Below are positions 42,104-51,528 of a DNA stretch of 64,000 bases, piece by piece. Numbering within the stretch: the stretch's first letter is position 1; each line of letters begins with the position of its first letter. Source of the DNA: Limnochordales bacterium (lineage in GTDB: Bacteria > Bacillota > Limnochordia > Limnochordales > ZCTH02-B6); the NCBI GenBank assembly GCA_035304545.1, contig DATGPV010000054.1, forward strand, positions 196,606 to 260,605. The letters are read 5' to 3'. The notes under the pieces were generated by a model. The model saw only the letters and a program-made list of their open reading frames with translations, had not been told where the DNA came from and did not search any database. The position numbers were made by a program, and so were the translations under genes.

Positions 42104-44608
42104 TCACGGACTGTCCTCCCACCACGGCGCCTCCGGAGACGGCGGCTCGGGAGGCACGTAGGGCACGGGCCCCTCCGGCCCGGGCTCCGGCTCCAGGGCG
42201 GGCACCTGGCCGCCCACGGCCTCAGGCCCCTCCTGGGGCCTGTCCTGGCGCGCTTTGCCCTGCGCGGGCGCGCCCGCCAGGGCCGCCGCCAGCACTTCGT
42301 CCATGTGCTCCACCAGCCGGATGTCCAGCCGGCGCCGGATAGGCGCGGGGATGTCCTCCAGGTCCTTCTCGTTGTCGGCGGGCAATAGCACCGTCCGGAT
42401 CCCAGCCCGGTGGGCGGCCAGCACCTTTTCCTTCACGCCGCCGATGGCCAGCACCCGGCCCCGCAAGGTGATCTCCCCGGTCATGGCCACGTCGTGGCGC
42501 ACGGGCCGCCCGGAAAGGGCTGAGGCCACCGCAACGGCGATGGCGATGCCCGCGGACGGGCCGTCCTTGGGGATCGCGCCTTCGGGGATGTGAATGTGGA
42601 TGTCCGTGGTCTCGTGGAAATCTTCCGGGATGTCCAAATAGGCCGCCCGGGAACGGATGTAGCTGAAGCCCGCCTGGGCCGATTCCCGCATCACCTCGCC
42701 CAGTTGGCCCGTGAGGGTCAGCTTGCCCTTGCCCTTGTTGACGGTGACCTCGATGGCCAGGATGTCCCCGCCGTACTCGGTGTACGCGAGCCCGTGGGCC
42801 AGGCCCACCCGATCTTGATGTTCCTTGCGGGTGCGGGCAAAAGGCGGCTGGCCGAGATAACGGGACAAGTTGCCCGCGGTGACGCGGATGGGCGTCTTGG
42901 CCCCCTCCACCACCTCCCGGGCGGCCTTGCGGCAGATGGCCGCCAGGGCCCGCTCCAGCCCCCGCACCCCCGCTTCCCGGGTGTAGCCGTCGATGATGCG
43001 GGCCAGGGTGTTGTCGGACACCGTGAGCTGCTCGGCCTTGAGCCCGTGATCGCGGATCTGCTTGGGCAGCAGGTGCCGGCGGGCGATCTGCAGCTTCTCC
43101 TCGTCGGTGTAGCCCGCGATGGTGATGACCTCCATCCTGTCCCGCAGCGGGCGCGGGATGGCCCACAGCACGTTGGCCGTGGTGATGAACAGCACCTCGG
43201 ACAGGTCGTAGGGCACTTCCAGGTAATGGTCCGAGAAGCTGTGGTTTTGCTCGGGGTCCAATACCTCCAAGAGCGCCGCCGCGGGGTCCCCCCGGAAATC
43301 GCTGGTCATCTTGTCGATCTCGTCCAGCAGCAGCACCGGATTGCGGGTGCCCGCCTGGCGCATGGCCTGCAGGATCTTGCCGGGCATCGCGCCCACGTAG
43401 GTCCGGCGGTGACCCCGGATCTCGGCCTCATCCCGCACCCCGCCCAGGGAGATGCGGACGAATTTGCGGTTCAGTGCCCGGGCCACCGATCGGCCCAGGG
43501 ATGTCTTGCCCACCCCCGGCGGGCCCACCAGGCACAAGATGGGCCCCTTCATGCCCCGGGTCAACTTGCGCACGGCCAAGAACTCCAGGATGCGTTCCTT
43601 GACCTTTTCGAGGCCGTAATGGTCCTCGTCCAGGATGCGCTGGGCCACGGCCAAATCCAGCCGGTCCTGGGTCTTGGCCTTCCAGGGCAAGGCCACCAGC
43701 CAGTCCAGGTAATTGCGCACCACCACGGCTTCCGCCACCATGGGCGGCATCTTTTCCAGCCGCTTGACCTCATGGAGGGCCTTCTCCTTGACCGCCGGCG
43801 GCATCCCGGCGGCCTCGATGCGCCGGCGGTAGTCCTCCACCTCGGCCTGGCGCTCGTCGCGATCGCCCAGCTCCTTTTGGATGGCCTTCATCTGCTCCCG
43901 CAGGTAGTACTCCTTCTGGGACTTCTCCATCTGCCGGCGCACCCGCATGTGGATGCGCTTCTCCAGCTCCAGGATCTCCATTTCCCGGGTCAACAGCAGG
44001 CACACGTGCTCCAGCTGCTGGGGCAGGGCGGGCAGCTCCAGCACCGCCTGCTTGTCTTCCAAGCCCACGGGCAGCTGGGAGGCAAGGGTATTGAGCAGCC
44101 GCTCGGGATCCTCGATGCCCAGCACCGACCGCACCACTTCTTCGGGCAGCTGCTTGCTCAACTGCGCGTACTGCTCAAAGAGGCGGCGGGCGGTGCGCAT
44201 CAAGGCCGCCAGCTGGGCCGGCGATTCGGGCGGCGGCGCCTCCAGCGGCTGGATCCGCGCCTGGTAGAAGGGCTCTTCCTGCTCGATCGCCTCAATGCGG
44301 ACCCGGGACAAACCCTCGATGAGCACCCGCAGCTGTCCCTCGGGCAACTTGAGCACCTGCTTGATCTCGCACAGGGTGCCCACCGTGTAGATGTCGTCGG
44401 GCGCCGGCTCCTGGATGCGGTCGTCCTTTTGGGCGGCCAGCACCAGCCGCCGCTGGTTCAGCATGGCCGCTTCCAGCGCCTGGATGCTGCGGGGCCGCCC
44501 CACCTCCAGGGGCGTCACAGTATAGGGAAACACGATCATCCCCCGCAGCGGCAAGAGGGGCACCGCGGGCGCCGGGGATGTGCTCTGGCTTTGGGACTGT
44601 GCGTGCAT
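42104..44608 (-). CDS. lon: ATP-dependent Lon protease (LonA)
   Basis: The LON N-domain begins [15 protein letters not shown]. Walker A is [11 protein letters not shown], and the protease site is [20 protein letters not shown] chose the ATG at 44608; the ORF track begins at a TTG at 44629. A Pro/Glu-rich tail of about 70 aa follows. Confidence 0.95.
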   Translation of the reverse strand: MHAQSQSQSTSPAPAVPLLPLRGMIVFPYTVTPLEVGRPRSIQALEAAMLNQRRLVLAAQKDDRIQEPAPDDIYTVGTLCEIKQVLKLPEGQLRVLIEGLSRVRIEAIEQEEPFYQARIQPLEAPPPESPAQLAALMRTARRLFEQYAQLSKQLPEEVVRSVLGIEDPERLLNTLASQLPVGLEDKQAVLELPALPQQLEHVCLLLTREMEILELEKRIHMRVRRQMEKSQKEYYLREQMKAIQKELGDRDERQAEVEDYRRRIEAAGMPPAVKEKALHEVKRLEKMPPMVAEAVVVRNYLDWLVALPWKAKTQDRLDLAVAQRILDEDHYGLEKVKERILEFLAVRKLTRGMKGPILCLVGPPGVGKTSLGRSVARALNRKFVRISLGGVRDEAEIRGHRRTYVGAMPGKILQAMRQAGTRNPVLLLDEIDKMTSDFRGDPAAALLEVLDPEQNHSFSDHYLEVPYDLSEVLFITTANVLWAIPRPLRDRMEVITIAGYTDEEKLQIARRHLLPKQIRDHGLKAEQLTVSDNTLARIIDGYTREAGVRGLERALAAICRKAAREVVEGAKTPIRVTAGNLSRYLGQPPFARTRKEHQDRVGLAHGLAYTEYGGDILAIEVTVNKGKGKLTLTGQLGEVMRESAQAGFSYIRSRAAYLDIPEDFHETTDIHIHIPEGAIPKDGPSAGIAIAVAVASALSGRPVRHDVAMTGEITLRGRVLAIGGVKEKVLAAHRAGIRTVLLPADNEKDLEDIPAPIRRRLDIRLVEHMDEVLAAALAGAPAQGKARQDRPQEGPEAVGGQVPALEPEPGPEGPVPYVPPEPPSPEAPWWEDSP

Positions 44609-44692
44609 GGGCAGGATGGGTCCCCCCAAAGGCCCTGTTGTCGCTATCTTATGGGTCTTCGGGAGGACCGATGTGATTCCTTGTGGAAAAAG

Positions 44693-46378
44693 CTAGGACG
44701 CGCCCGGCGGGACAAGGCCGCGGCCGGCGCCGGCGGCCGGCGCGAGGGCCGGCGCGGGCCCCAGGACCGCGTGGGCGATGACCTCCTCGATGCGCTCGGC
44801 CGCGATCACTTCGACCCCCACCGCGTCCCGGTCGCCAAACATCGCGTGCCAGTTGTCCTTGGGGATGATGACCCGGGCCGCGCCCGCCAGGCGGGCCGCT
44901 GCAATTTTGGCCACCACGCCGCCCACGGGTTTTACGAAACCACGGATGGAGACCTCCCCCGTCAGGGCCACCCGGTTGTCCACGGGCCGGCCGGTAATGG
45001 CCGAGTAGATGGCCGTCACCATGGTGACGCCCGCCGATGGACCGTCAATGGGCACGCCGCCGGGAAAGTTGACGTGGATGTCGTAGTCGTCGGGCCGCAC
45101 CCCCAGGAACTTGCGCAGCACCGTCAGCACGTTGTCCAGGGAGCTGCGGGCCATGCTGCGGCGGCGCATGGTGACGCCCGGCCCGCCCATCTCCTCTTCC
45201 TCCATGATCCCGGTGACGATGAGGCGCCCCCGGCCCGGTTCCGCGGGGGTGGCGCAGGCTTCCACTTCGATGAGCAGCCCTTGGTTGGGTCCGGCCACCG
45301 CCAGGCCGTTGACGCAGCCCACCTGGGGCTCGTCGGGCACCCGCCGGTCGGGCCGCGGCGCGTACTGGCCGCTGTTGACCACCCACTCGATGTCCTGGCG
45401 GGTGATGCGCTGCCGCCCTTCGGTCTGCACGACGCCCGCGGCGATCTGCACCATATTGACGGCTTCCCGGCCGTTGTGGGCGTAGCGCTTGAGCACTTCC
45501 AGGGCGTCCTCGTCCAGGGGAAAGTTGATCTTGGCCGCCGCGTTGGCCGCGATGACGCCGATCTCCTCAGGCGTCAGGGCGCGGAAAAAGATTTCCAGGC
45601 AGCGGGACCGGATGGCCGGCGGGATTTCGTGGGGCATGCGGGTGGTGGCGCCCACCAGGCGAAAGTCCGCCGGCAGCCCCTTTTGGAAGATCTCGTGGAT
45701 GTGGGGCGGAATGTTGGTGTCCTCGGAGCTGTAATAGGCGCTTTCCAAGAAGACCCGCCGGTCCTCCAGCACCTTGAGGAGCTTGTTCATCTGAATGGGG
45801 TGCAGCTCGCCGATCTCGTCGATAAAGAGAATGCCGCCGTGGGCTTTGGTGACAGCCCCGGGCTTGGGCTGGGGGATGCCGGCCTGGCCCAAGGGGCCCG
45901 CCCCTTGATAGATGGGGTCGTGGACCGATCCCAGGAGGGGGTCCGCGATGCCCCGGTCGTCAAAGCGGGCCGTGGTGGCGTCCACTTCTACAAACTGCGC
46001 ATCGGCTTTGAAGGGGGACAGCGGGTTGCGCTTGGCTTCCTCCAGCACCACCCGGGCCGCGGCGGTCTTGCCGATGCCCGGCGGGCCATAGATGATGACG
46101 TGCTGGGGATTGGGACCGCACAAGGCTGCCCGCAGCGCCTTGAGGCCCTCCTCCTGGCCGATGATGTCCGACAGCGACGCCGGCCGCGTCTTTTCCGCCA
46201 AAGGCTCCGTCAAGGAAATCTGCTTGAGCCGGTTGAGCTTCTCCAGTTCCTTGCGGGACTCCCGGTCCACCGCGGCCCGGCTGGTCTGCTGCGCCCGCAG
46301 CAGGTTGAAGAAGTACAGGCCGATGACGACCGCAAAAAAGAAGTTGACCATGCCAAACAGGCCCATCAGGTCCATCAT
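44693..46378 (-). CDS. lonB: LonB-type ATP-dependent protease (sporulation-associated in Bacilli)
   Basis: The ATG-ATG at 46378 follows GGGGAGGGA at 9 nt. An N-terminal membrane anchor (FGMVNFFFAVVIGLYFFNLL) is followed by the AAA+ motif GPPGIGKTAAA and the Lon protease domain GPSAGVTMVTAIYSAITG. Confidence 0.85.
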   Translation of the reverse strand: MMDLMGLFGMVNFFFAVVIGLYFFNLLRAQQTSRAAVDRESRKELEKLNRLKQISLTEPLAEKTRPASLSDIIGQEEGLKALRAALCGPNPQHVIIYGPPGIGKTAAARVVLEEAKRNPLSPFKADAQFVEVDATTARFDDRGIADPLLGSVHDPIYQGAGPLGQAGIPQPKPGAVTKAHGGILFIDEIGELHPIQMNKLLKVLEDRRVFLESAYYSSEDTNIPPHIHEIFQKGLPADFRLVGATTRMPHEIPPAIRSRCLEIFFRALTPEEIGVIAANAAAKINFPLDEDALEVLKRYAHNGREAVNMVQIAAGVVQTEGRQRITRQDIEWVVNSGQYAPRPDRRVPDEPQVGCVNGLAVAGPNQGLLIEVEACATPAEPGRGRLIVTGIMEEEEMGGPGVTMRRRSMARSSLDNVLTVLRKFLGVRPDDYDIHVNFPGGVPIDGPSAGVTMVTAIYSAITGRPVDNRVALTGEVSIRGFVKPVGGVVAKIAAARLAGAARVIIPKDNWHAMFGDRDAVGVEVIAAERIEEVIAHAVLGPAPALAPAAGAGRGLVPPGAS

Positions 46379-46438
46379 CGGTGCGCGTCCCTCCCCCGCG
46401 GCCATGGCTAGTATGCCCGCCGCGGAAGGACGGCAATC

Positions 46439-46476
46439 AAAAAGAGCCGGAAACCCGGAGGTTGCCGGCTCTTTTT
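46439..46476 (-). terminator. intrinsic terminator after clpX (symmetric, A-tract/T-tract flanked)
   Basis: AAAAAGAGCCGG...CCGGCTCTTTTT has perfect 12-bp arms with an inner AACC/GGTT pairing. A T-run follows on both strands. It lies 48 nt downstream of the clpX stop. Confidence 0.8.
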
Positions 46477-46523
46477 GGCAACTGGCCCGACGCCCGCCGC
46501 AGGGACGTGGAAAAGGCGCCCCG

Positions 46524-47786
46524 TCAGGCGGTTTCTTCCTTCTTCTTGGGCTTGCGCTCCACCCGCAACAGCCGCGGCGGCGCGCCCTCCAGTACGCAAG
46601 CCTCGTCGACGATGCACTTGTGGACGTCGTCCCGGGACGGGATCTCGTACATCACGTCCAAGAGCAGGCCCTCCACGATGGAGCGCAAGCCCCGGGCGCC
46701 CGTCTTGCGCTCCATGGCCTTGCGGGCGATGGCCCGCAACGCGTCCTCGGTGAATTCCAGCTCTACCCCGTCCATTTCAAAGAACTTCTGGAACTGCTTC
46801 ACCAGGGCGTTGCGGGGCTCCACCAAGATGCGCACCAGGGCGTCTTCGTCCAGGGCATCCAAGGCGACCACCACCGGCAGGCGCCCGATGAACTCGGGGA
46901 TGAGCCCGTACTTGAGCAGGTCTTCGGGCATGATCTGCCGCAGCAGCTCGCCGATGGGCTTCTCCTCCCGGGTCTTGACGTCGGCGCCGAACCCGATGCC
47001 CTTTTGCCCGATGCGGCGCTCGATGATCTTCTCCAGCCCGTCAAAGGCGCCGCCGCAGATAAAGAGGATGTTGCTGGTGTCGATCTGGATGAACTCCTGG
47101 TGCGGGTGCTTGCGGCCCCCTTGCGGCGGCACGCTGGCCACCGTGCCCTCCAGGATTTTCAGCAGCGCCTGCTGAACGCCTTCGCCCGACACGTCCCGGG
47201 TGATGGACGGGTTTTCGGACTTGCGGGCGATCTTGTCCACCTCGTCGATGTAGATGATGCCCCGCTCGGCCTTTTCCACATCGTAGTCGGCCGCCTGGAT
47301 CAGCTTGAGCAGGATGTTTTCCACATCCTCGCCCACGTAGCCCGCTTCGGTCAATGACGTGGCGTCTGCGATGGCGAAGGGCACGTTAAGGATGCGGGCC
47401 AGGGTGTGGGCCAGAAGCGTCTTGCCGGAACCCGTGGGCCCCAAGAGCAGGATGTTGCTCTTCTGCAGCTCCACATCATCGGACCGCACCCCGGAATTGA
47501 TGCGCTTGTAGTGGTTGTAGACGGCCACCGACAAGGCCTTCTTGGCGGCCTCCTGGCCCACCACGTACTGATCCAGGATCTCCTTGATCTCCTTGGGCCG
47601 GGGCACGTTGCCCAGTTCCACGTCGACGTCTTCGTGGAGCTCTTCCTCGATGATCTCGTTGCAGAGCTCAATGCACTCGTCGCAGATGTAGACCCCGGGT
47701 CCGGCGATCAGCTTCTTGACCTGTTCCTGGGCCTTGCCGCAGAAGGAACACTTCAGCTGGCCCTTCTCGTCGCCGAATTTGAACAT
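46524..47786 (-). CDS. clpX: ATP-dependent Clp protease ATP-binding subunit ClpX
   Basis: The zinc ribbon is [30 protein letters not shown]. Walker A is [11 protein letters not shown], and IYIDEVDKI is present. Confidence 0.95.
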   Translation of the reverse strand: MFKFGDEKGQLKCSFCGKAQEQVKKLIAGPGVYICDECIELCNEIIEEELHEDVDVELGNVPRPKEIKEILDQYVVGQEAAKKALSVAVYNHYKRINSGVRSDDVELQKSNILLLGPTGSGKTLLAHTLARILNVPFAIADATSLTEAGYVGEDVENILLKLIQAADYDVEKAERGIIYIDEVDKIARKSENPSITRDVSGEGVQQALLKILEGTVASVPPQGGRKHPHQEFIQIDTSNILFICGGAFDGLEKIIERRIGQKGIGFGADVKTREEKPIGELLRQIMPEDLLKYGLIPEFIGRLPVVVALDALDEDALVRILVEPRNALVKQFQKFFEMDGVELEFTEDALRAIARKAMERKTGARGLRSIVEGLLLDVMYEIPSRDDVHKCIVDEACVLEGAPPRLLRVERKPKKKEETA

Positions 47787-47790
47787 CGTA

Positions 47791-48399
47791 TCACCTCGTA
47801 CCGTCGCCCGGCTTGGCTCGCTCCCGCAGCACGCCGTCGATGATGCCGTACTCCAGGGCCTCCTCCGACGACATGTAGAAGTTGCGATCCGTATCCCGCT
47901 CGATCCGCTCCAGGGGCTGCCCGGTGTGCTGGGCCAAGATCTGGTTGAGGGTGTTCTTGATGCGCAGGATTTCCCGCGCCTCGATCTCGATCTCGCTGGC
48001 CTGCCCCCGGGCTCCGCCCAGCGGCTGGTGGATCATGATGCGGGAGTACGGCAGGGCAAACCGCTTGCCCTTGGTTCCGGCCGACAGCAGCAACGCGGCC
48101 ATGCTGGCCGCCATGCCCACGCAGATGGTGGACACGTCGGGCCGGATGTACTGCATCGTATCGTAAATGGCCAACCCCGAGTAGACGATGCCGCCCGGAC
48201 TGTTGATATACAGGTGGATGTCCTTGTCCGGATCCTCCGATTCCAGGAACAGCAGCTGCGCGATGACGAGATTGGCCACGTGGTCATCGATGGGCCCGCC
48301 GATGAAGACGATCCGGTCCTTGAGCAGGCGCGAGTAGATGTCGTAGGCCCGCTCCCCCCGGTTGGTCTGCTCGACGACCATCGGCACCAGCACGCTCAT
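47791..48399 (-). CDS. clpP: ATP-dependent Clp protease proteolytic subunit
   Basis: I trimmed the ORF to the ATG at 48399 (GGAAGGTGGAGG upstream). Motifs include [31 protein letters not shown], the active-site region [11 protein letters not shown], and IMIHQP. Confidence 0.95.
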   Translation of the reverse strand: MSVLVPMVVEQTNRGERAYDIYSRLLKDRIVFIGGPIDDHVANLVIAQLLFLESEDPDKDIHLYINSPGGIVYSGLAIYDTMQYIRPDVSTICVGMAASMAALLLSAGTKGKRFALPYSRIMIHQPLGGARGQASEIEIEAREILRIKNTLNQILAQHTGQPLERIERDTDRNFYMSSEEALEYGIIDGVLRERAKPGDGTR

Positions 48400-48437
48400 G
48401 GACGACCTCCACCTTCCCTGGCCCCAATATATGCTTG

Positions 48438-48500
48438 GGGACACGGCCCACTGTACGGCGGCTGCGCCTTGCAGTGTTCCCCGGCCACCCGCCGTGTCCC
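48438..48500. repeat. long inverted repeat between tig and clpP
   Basis: The perfect 10-bp arms are GGGACACGGC and GCCGTGTCCC. They enclose a second imperfect pair, CACTG...CAGTG. No U-tract follows. The role is unknown; it may be an attenuator or a processing site. Confidence 0.35.
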
Positions 48501-48524
48501 TTGGTAAAATTTCGTGCTGCGGGG

Positions 48525-50006
48525 CTACTCCGGCCGGGGTGCCGTTTCCTGCTGCCCGCCGCCGGTATCGCCGGGGACCATCGCGTCACGGTCTCCCGGC
48601 GCTCCGCCCGCCGCGGCTTCCCGGGCAGGGACCGCCCCGCTGCCCACGTCCCCCGCGCCCTGGTCCGCGGCGCCTTCGCCTTCGTCCCCGCTGGCCTCGC
48701 CGGGCTCGAACTCGGTGACGGTCACCTGGGCGTGCTCCACCAAAAAGTCCATGGCCTTGGCCCGCCGGAGGCTGTTGCGGACGGCGAGGCGGTGATCCTC
48801 ATCCCGAACCCGCTCTTCCCGCTCCTTGGGGTCCTGCACCCCGCGGAACAACTCCTGCAAGCGCTGGTCGATTTCCTCCTCGGTGGGCTCCAGCTGCTCG
48901 GCCTTGGCGATGGCCTCCAGCACCAGCTCCGCCTTGACCCTCTGCTCGGCGCTGGGGCGCATGCGCTCCTCCAGCTCCGCCTCGGTCTGTTCGCTCACCT
49001 CAAGGTAGCGTTCCAAAGTGAGGCCCCTCTGCCAGAGGCTGAACACGAACTCATCCCGCATGCGGGCCAGCTCCTGCTCCACCATAACCGGCGGCACGTC
49101 CACCTCGGCGCCCTTCACCGCCAGCTCCAACAGCGCGTCCCGCATGTCGGCTTCGGCGGCCCGTTCCGCCGCTTCCTCCAGCATGCGGCGCCGGTCCGCG
49201 CGCAAGTCGGCGATGGTTTCGAAATCGCCCACGTCCTTGGCGAACTCGTCGTCGGCTTCGGGCACCCGGCGCTGCTTGATCTCGTGGAGCTTCACCCGAA
49301 ACCGGGCCGTCTTGCCGGCCAGATCGTCCCGGGCCTGGTCGGGAAAGGTCAGCTCGAACTCCTTCTCCTCGCCGGGCGCCATGCCCACCAGCTGCTCACT
49401 GAAGGCGGGGAGCACCCCTTCGCCGCCCACGTGGACGACTTCGCCTTTGCCCGCGCCGCCGCGAAAGGGCTGGCCGTCGATGAAGCCTTCAAAGTCTAAG
49501 ATGGCGTAGTCTCCGGGCTCCAGCCGCTCCTTGTCCACATGGACCAGCTCGGCAAACTGTTCCCGCAAGCCGTCGATGAGCTCATCCACGTCCTTGTCGG
49601 TCACCTTGCGGATGCGCTTCTCCACGGCCAGACCCCGGTACTGGCCCAGCTTGACCTCGGGCTTGACGTCGACTTCCGCCTTGAACTTGAGCGGCTTGCC
49701 GGCGCCGTAGTCGATGATGTCGATCTTGGCTTGGGCCACCGGTTCGATGTTGGAGGAGCGCACCGCCTCGCGGTACGCCTGGGGGATCAGTTCATCCACG
49801 GCTTCCTGGTAAAGGGCGTCCTTGCCCACATGCATCTCCACAATGGGGCGCGGCGCCCTTCCCGGCCGGAAACCCGGGATGCGCAGGTGGCGGGCCAGGC
49901 GGCGGTACACGCTGTCCACGGTGCGCTCTACCCGCTCCGGATCCACCTCCACCTCCAGCACAACCCGGGCTGGGTGGCCCGGCAAGCGCTCCACACGGGT
50001 GTTCAT
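48525..50006 (-). CDS. tig: trigger factor
   Basis: The N-terminal ribosome-binding region includes [15 protein letters not shown], and the FKBP domain includes [16 protein letters not shown]. An acidic/Gly-rich C-terminal extension of about 60 aa follows. Confidence 0.95.
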   Translation of the reverse strand: MNTRVERLPGHPARVVLEVEVDPERVERTVDSVYRRLARHLRIPGFRPGRAPRPIVEMHVGKDALYQEAVDELIPQAYREAVRSSNIEPVAQAKIDIIDYGAGKPLKFKAEVDVKPEVKLGQYRGLAVEKRIRKVTDKDVDELIDGLREQFAELVHVDKERLEPGDYAILDFEGFIDGQPFRGGAGKGEVVHVGGEGVLPAFSEQLVGMAPGEEKEFELTFPDQARDDLAGKTARFRVKLHEIKQRRVPEADDEFAKDVGDFETIADLRADRRRMLEEAAERAAEADMRDALLELAVKGAEVDVPPVMVEQELARMRDEFVFSLWQRGLTLERYLEVSEQTEAELEERMRPSAEQRVKAELVLEAIAKAEQLEPTEEEIDQRLQELFRGVQDPKEREERVRDEDHRLAVRNSLRRAKAMDFLVEHAQVTVTEFEPGEASGDEGEGAADQGAGDVGSGAVPAREAAAGGAPGDRDAMVPGDTGGGQQETAPRPE

Positions 50007-50085
50007 GCGACGTCCTCCCTGGCAGTGACCTCACGGCGCGTATTCTATCCCAATGCAGGGGAAAGCTGGTGTTCCCGCTCCTGAA

Positions 50086-50114
50086 ATTATCCCTTAGGCG
50101 GATCCCGCTGTCAA
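50086..50114 (-). promoter_or_regulatory. sigma-A-type promoter for tig
   Basis: The reverse strand reads TTGACA (50114-50109), a 17-nt spacer, then GATAAT (50091-50086). It lies about 80 nt upstream of the tig ATG. Confidence 0.5.
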
Positions 50115-50163
50115 CAAACAAAAGAAAAACAGGCGCGGAGCGTGCGCGCACGCCGCTGCCTGT
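50111..50163 (-). terminator. intrinsic terminator after tRNA-Leu
   Basis: An imperfect GC-rich hairpin has ACAGGC...GCCTGT outer arms and a GCGTG-CGCG-CACGC core. On the minus strand it is followed by TTTTTCTTTTGTTTGTTG. It starts 6 nt after the tRNA 3' end. Confidence 0.75.
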
Positions 50164-50168
50164 CGCGC

Positions 50169-50253
50169 TGGTGCGAGAGGGGGGACTCGAACCCCCATGC
50201 CATAGGGCACCAGATCCTAAGTCTGGCGCGTCTGCCAGTTCCGCCACTCTCGC
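50169..50253 (-). tRNA. tRNA-Leu (anticodon TAG), CCA encoded
   Basis: I folded this by hand. The acceptor is GCGAGAG/CTCTCGC, the anticodon loop is CTTAGGA, and the long variable arm is TGCCCTATGGCAT. The T-arm is GGGGG-TTCGAGT-CCCCC, and the 3' end is ACCA. Confidence 0.9.
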
Positions 50254-50264
50254 CGGCTGCCTCC

Positions 50265-50293
50265 AGTATAATCCGCCGGGGCCAGCCGATCAA
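50265..50293 (-). promoter_or_regulatory. candidate promoter for tRNA-Leu
   Basis: The reverse strand reads TTGATC (50293-50288), a 17-nt spacer, then TATACT (50270-50265). It lies 11 nt upstream of the mature tRNA 5' end. Confidence 0.45.
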
Positions 50294-50302
50294 CCGGCGC
50301 CG

Positions 50303-50337
50303 CCAAAAACGAGCAGCCCCGCAAGGCCGCGGGGCTG
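50303..50337 (-). terminator. intrinsic terminator after tRNA-Lys
   Basis: CAGCCCCGC-GGCCTT-GCGGGGCTG has a perfect 9-bp stem. On the minus strand it is followed by CTCGTTTTTGG. Confidence 0.7.
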
Positions 50338-50342
50338 GCGTG

Positions 50343-50417
50343 TGGTGTGCCCGGTGGGATTCGAACCCACAACCCAGGGATTAAAAGTCCCTTGCGCTAC
50401 CGTTGCGCCACGGGCAC
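50343..50417 (-). tRNA. tRNA-Lys (anticodon TTT), CCA encoded
   Basis: The acceptor is GTGCCCG/CGGGCAC and the anticodon stem-loop is AGGGA-CTTTTAA-TCCCT. The T-arm is GTGGG-TTCGAAT-CCCAC. Confidence 0.9.
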
Positions 50418-50450
50418 GTGCATTATTGTACCGTAGCCTGGGGCATTCCG

Positions 50451-51203
50451 TCAAACCCGCGCGCGGTGCCCGCCGGACCGCCCGGGCGCCGCCTGCCGCC
50501 GGTAGGCCAGACCCGCCGCGACCAGGGCCGCCAGGACATTCCCAAAGGCACACCGGGCTTGCACCGCGCCCCGCACCACCATCCCCGGCCCGGCAAACAC
50601 GGGCACCAGGTCGATACGGGCCCGCTGGACCAAGGTTCCTTGCCGGTGCAGCCACGCGAAACCCCACGCCAAAACCGCCCACGCGCCACCGCAGGTTCGA
50701 GCCGTGGCCGCGGCATCCCCCAATCCAAGCCGGACCCTGAGGCGCAGCTCGTCCACCCGCACCTGGGGCGCCAGCCACCGTCCCCCGGCCCGGGCCGCGG
50801 CCCACAGGGCCCGCCGGTCAAGGCCACCCCCAGCGGCCTGGTCTCCCCGGACACCGCCCCGCGGGGCGTCTCCCCCGCTGCCGCCGGGGCGCGGCCCTGC
50901 GCGCCCCGCACCAGCGCCCGCTACGGCCTGCAGCCCGGCCTGCACCAGCTCGGCCGCGGGCAGCCCTCGACGCACGGGAACCAGGTGCAGCGGCCGCAGC
51001 TCCACCGTAACCCACGCGCCTCCGGGCGCGGGCGTGAGCGCGGCCCACAACCGGCCCGCCCAACTCCACACATGCACTTCCAACTGGCCCGTCCCGGCAT
51101 CCCAATGCCCCGACACGCGCAGCACCAGCGGCCACGCGTACGCAACGGCCAGGGCCGTCGCGGCCAGCGCCCACGCGACCCATGACAAGGGCGTTTCCCC
51201 CAC
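50451..51203 (-). CDS. hypothetical membrane protein, possibly DUF2953/YtfI-like (sporulation-associated family)
   Basis: The 250-aa ORF has an N-terminal TM segment (WVAWALAATALAVAYAWPLVL). A C-terminal segment, LGLGDAAATARTCGGAWAVLAWGF...VPVF...RCAFGNVLAALVAAGLAY, is reminiscent of DUF2953 from memory. The RBS is weak and the GTG start is uncertain. The family call is tentative. Confidence 0.4.
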   Translation of the reverse strand: MGETPLSWVAWALAATALAVAYAWPLVLRVSGHWDAGTGQLEVHVWSWAGRLWAALTPAPGGAWVTVELRPLHLVPVRRGLPAAELVQAGLQAVAGAGAGRAGPRPGGSGGDAPRGGVRGDQAAGGGLDRRALWAAARAGGRWLAPQVRVDELRLRVRLGLGDAAATARTCGGAWAVLAWGFAWLHRQGTLVQRARIDLVPVFAGPGMVVRGAVQARCAFGNVLAALVAAGLAYRRQAAPGRSGGHRARV

Positions 51204-51310
51204 TGCCAGCGTTGCCTGGCCCGTGGGTTCCTATGCGATCCGCGGGATCCTATGCAGCCCGCGGGGACCTGTCCGCCCGCGGGCGCGGCGACTTTTGGCC
51301 CAGACGCGGC

Positions 51311-51343
51311 AAGTCCCCGGAAGCCTCACGGCTCCGGGGACTT
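51311..51343 (-). terminator. strong hairpin downstream of the tRNA cluster (terminator or processing signal, no U-tract)
   Basis: AAGTCCCCGG-a-AGCC-TCAC-GGCT-CCGGGGACTT pairs 14 bp with one bulge and a tetraloop. It lies 10 nt after the tRNA-His 3' end. Confidence 0.45.
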
Positions 51344-51353
51344 GCAGAACTGG

Positions 51354-51431
51354 TGGGGTGAGTGATGGGACTTGAACCCACGACCTCCAGGGCCACAACC
51401 TGGCGCTCTAACCGACTGAGCTACACCCACC
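51354..51431 (-). tRNA. tRNA-His (anticodon GTG) with genomically encoded G-1 and CCA
   Basis: The acceptor is GTGGGTG/CACTCAC. An extra 5' G lies opposite the discriminator C. The anticodon loop is TTGTGGC and the T-loop is TTCAAGT. Confidence 0.9.
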
Positions 51432-51446
51432 ACGCGCAGTGGTCAC

Positions 51447-51523
51447 TGGCGCGCCCGGCAGGATTCGAACCCGCGACCCGCTGCTTAGAAGGCAGCTGCT
51501 CTATCCAGCTGAGCTACGGGCGC
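51447..51523 (-). tRNA. tRNA-Arg (anticodon TCT), CCA encoded
   Basis: The acceptor is GCGCCCG/CGGGCGC and the anticodon stem-loop is GCTGC-CTTCTAA-GCAGC. The T-arm is GCGGG-TTCGAAT-CCTGC. Confidence 0.9.
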
Positions 51524-51528
51524 AATTA

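Noticed and set aside
42590-46411. A 1273-aa plus-strand ORF, the longest in the window, spans lonA, the lonA-lonB spacer and lonB.
   Set aside because: It is exactly antisense to two genes with unmistakable Lon/LonB motifs. Its translation is low-complexity (rich in G, R, H, Q, L and P) with no recognisable domain. This is the expected shadow ORF in DNA of about 70% GC, where stop codons are rare.
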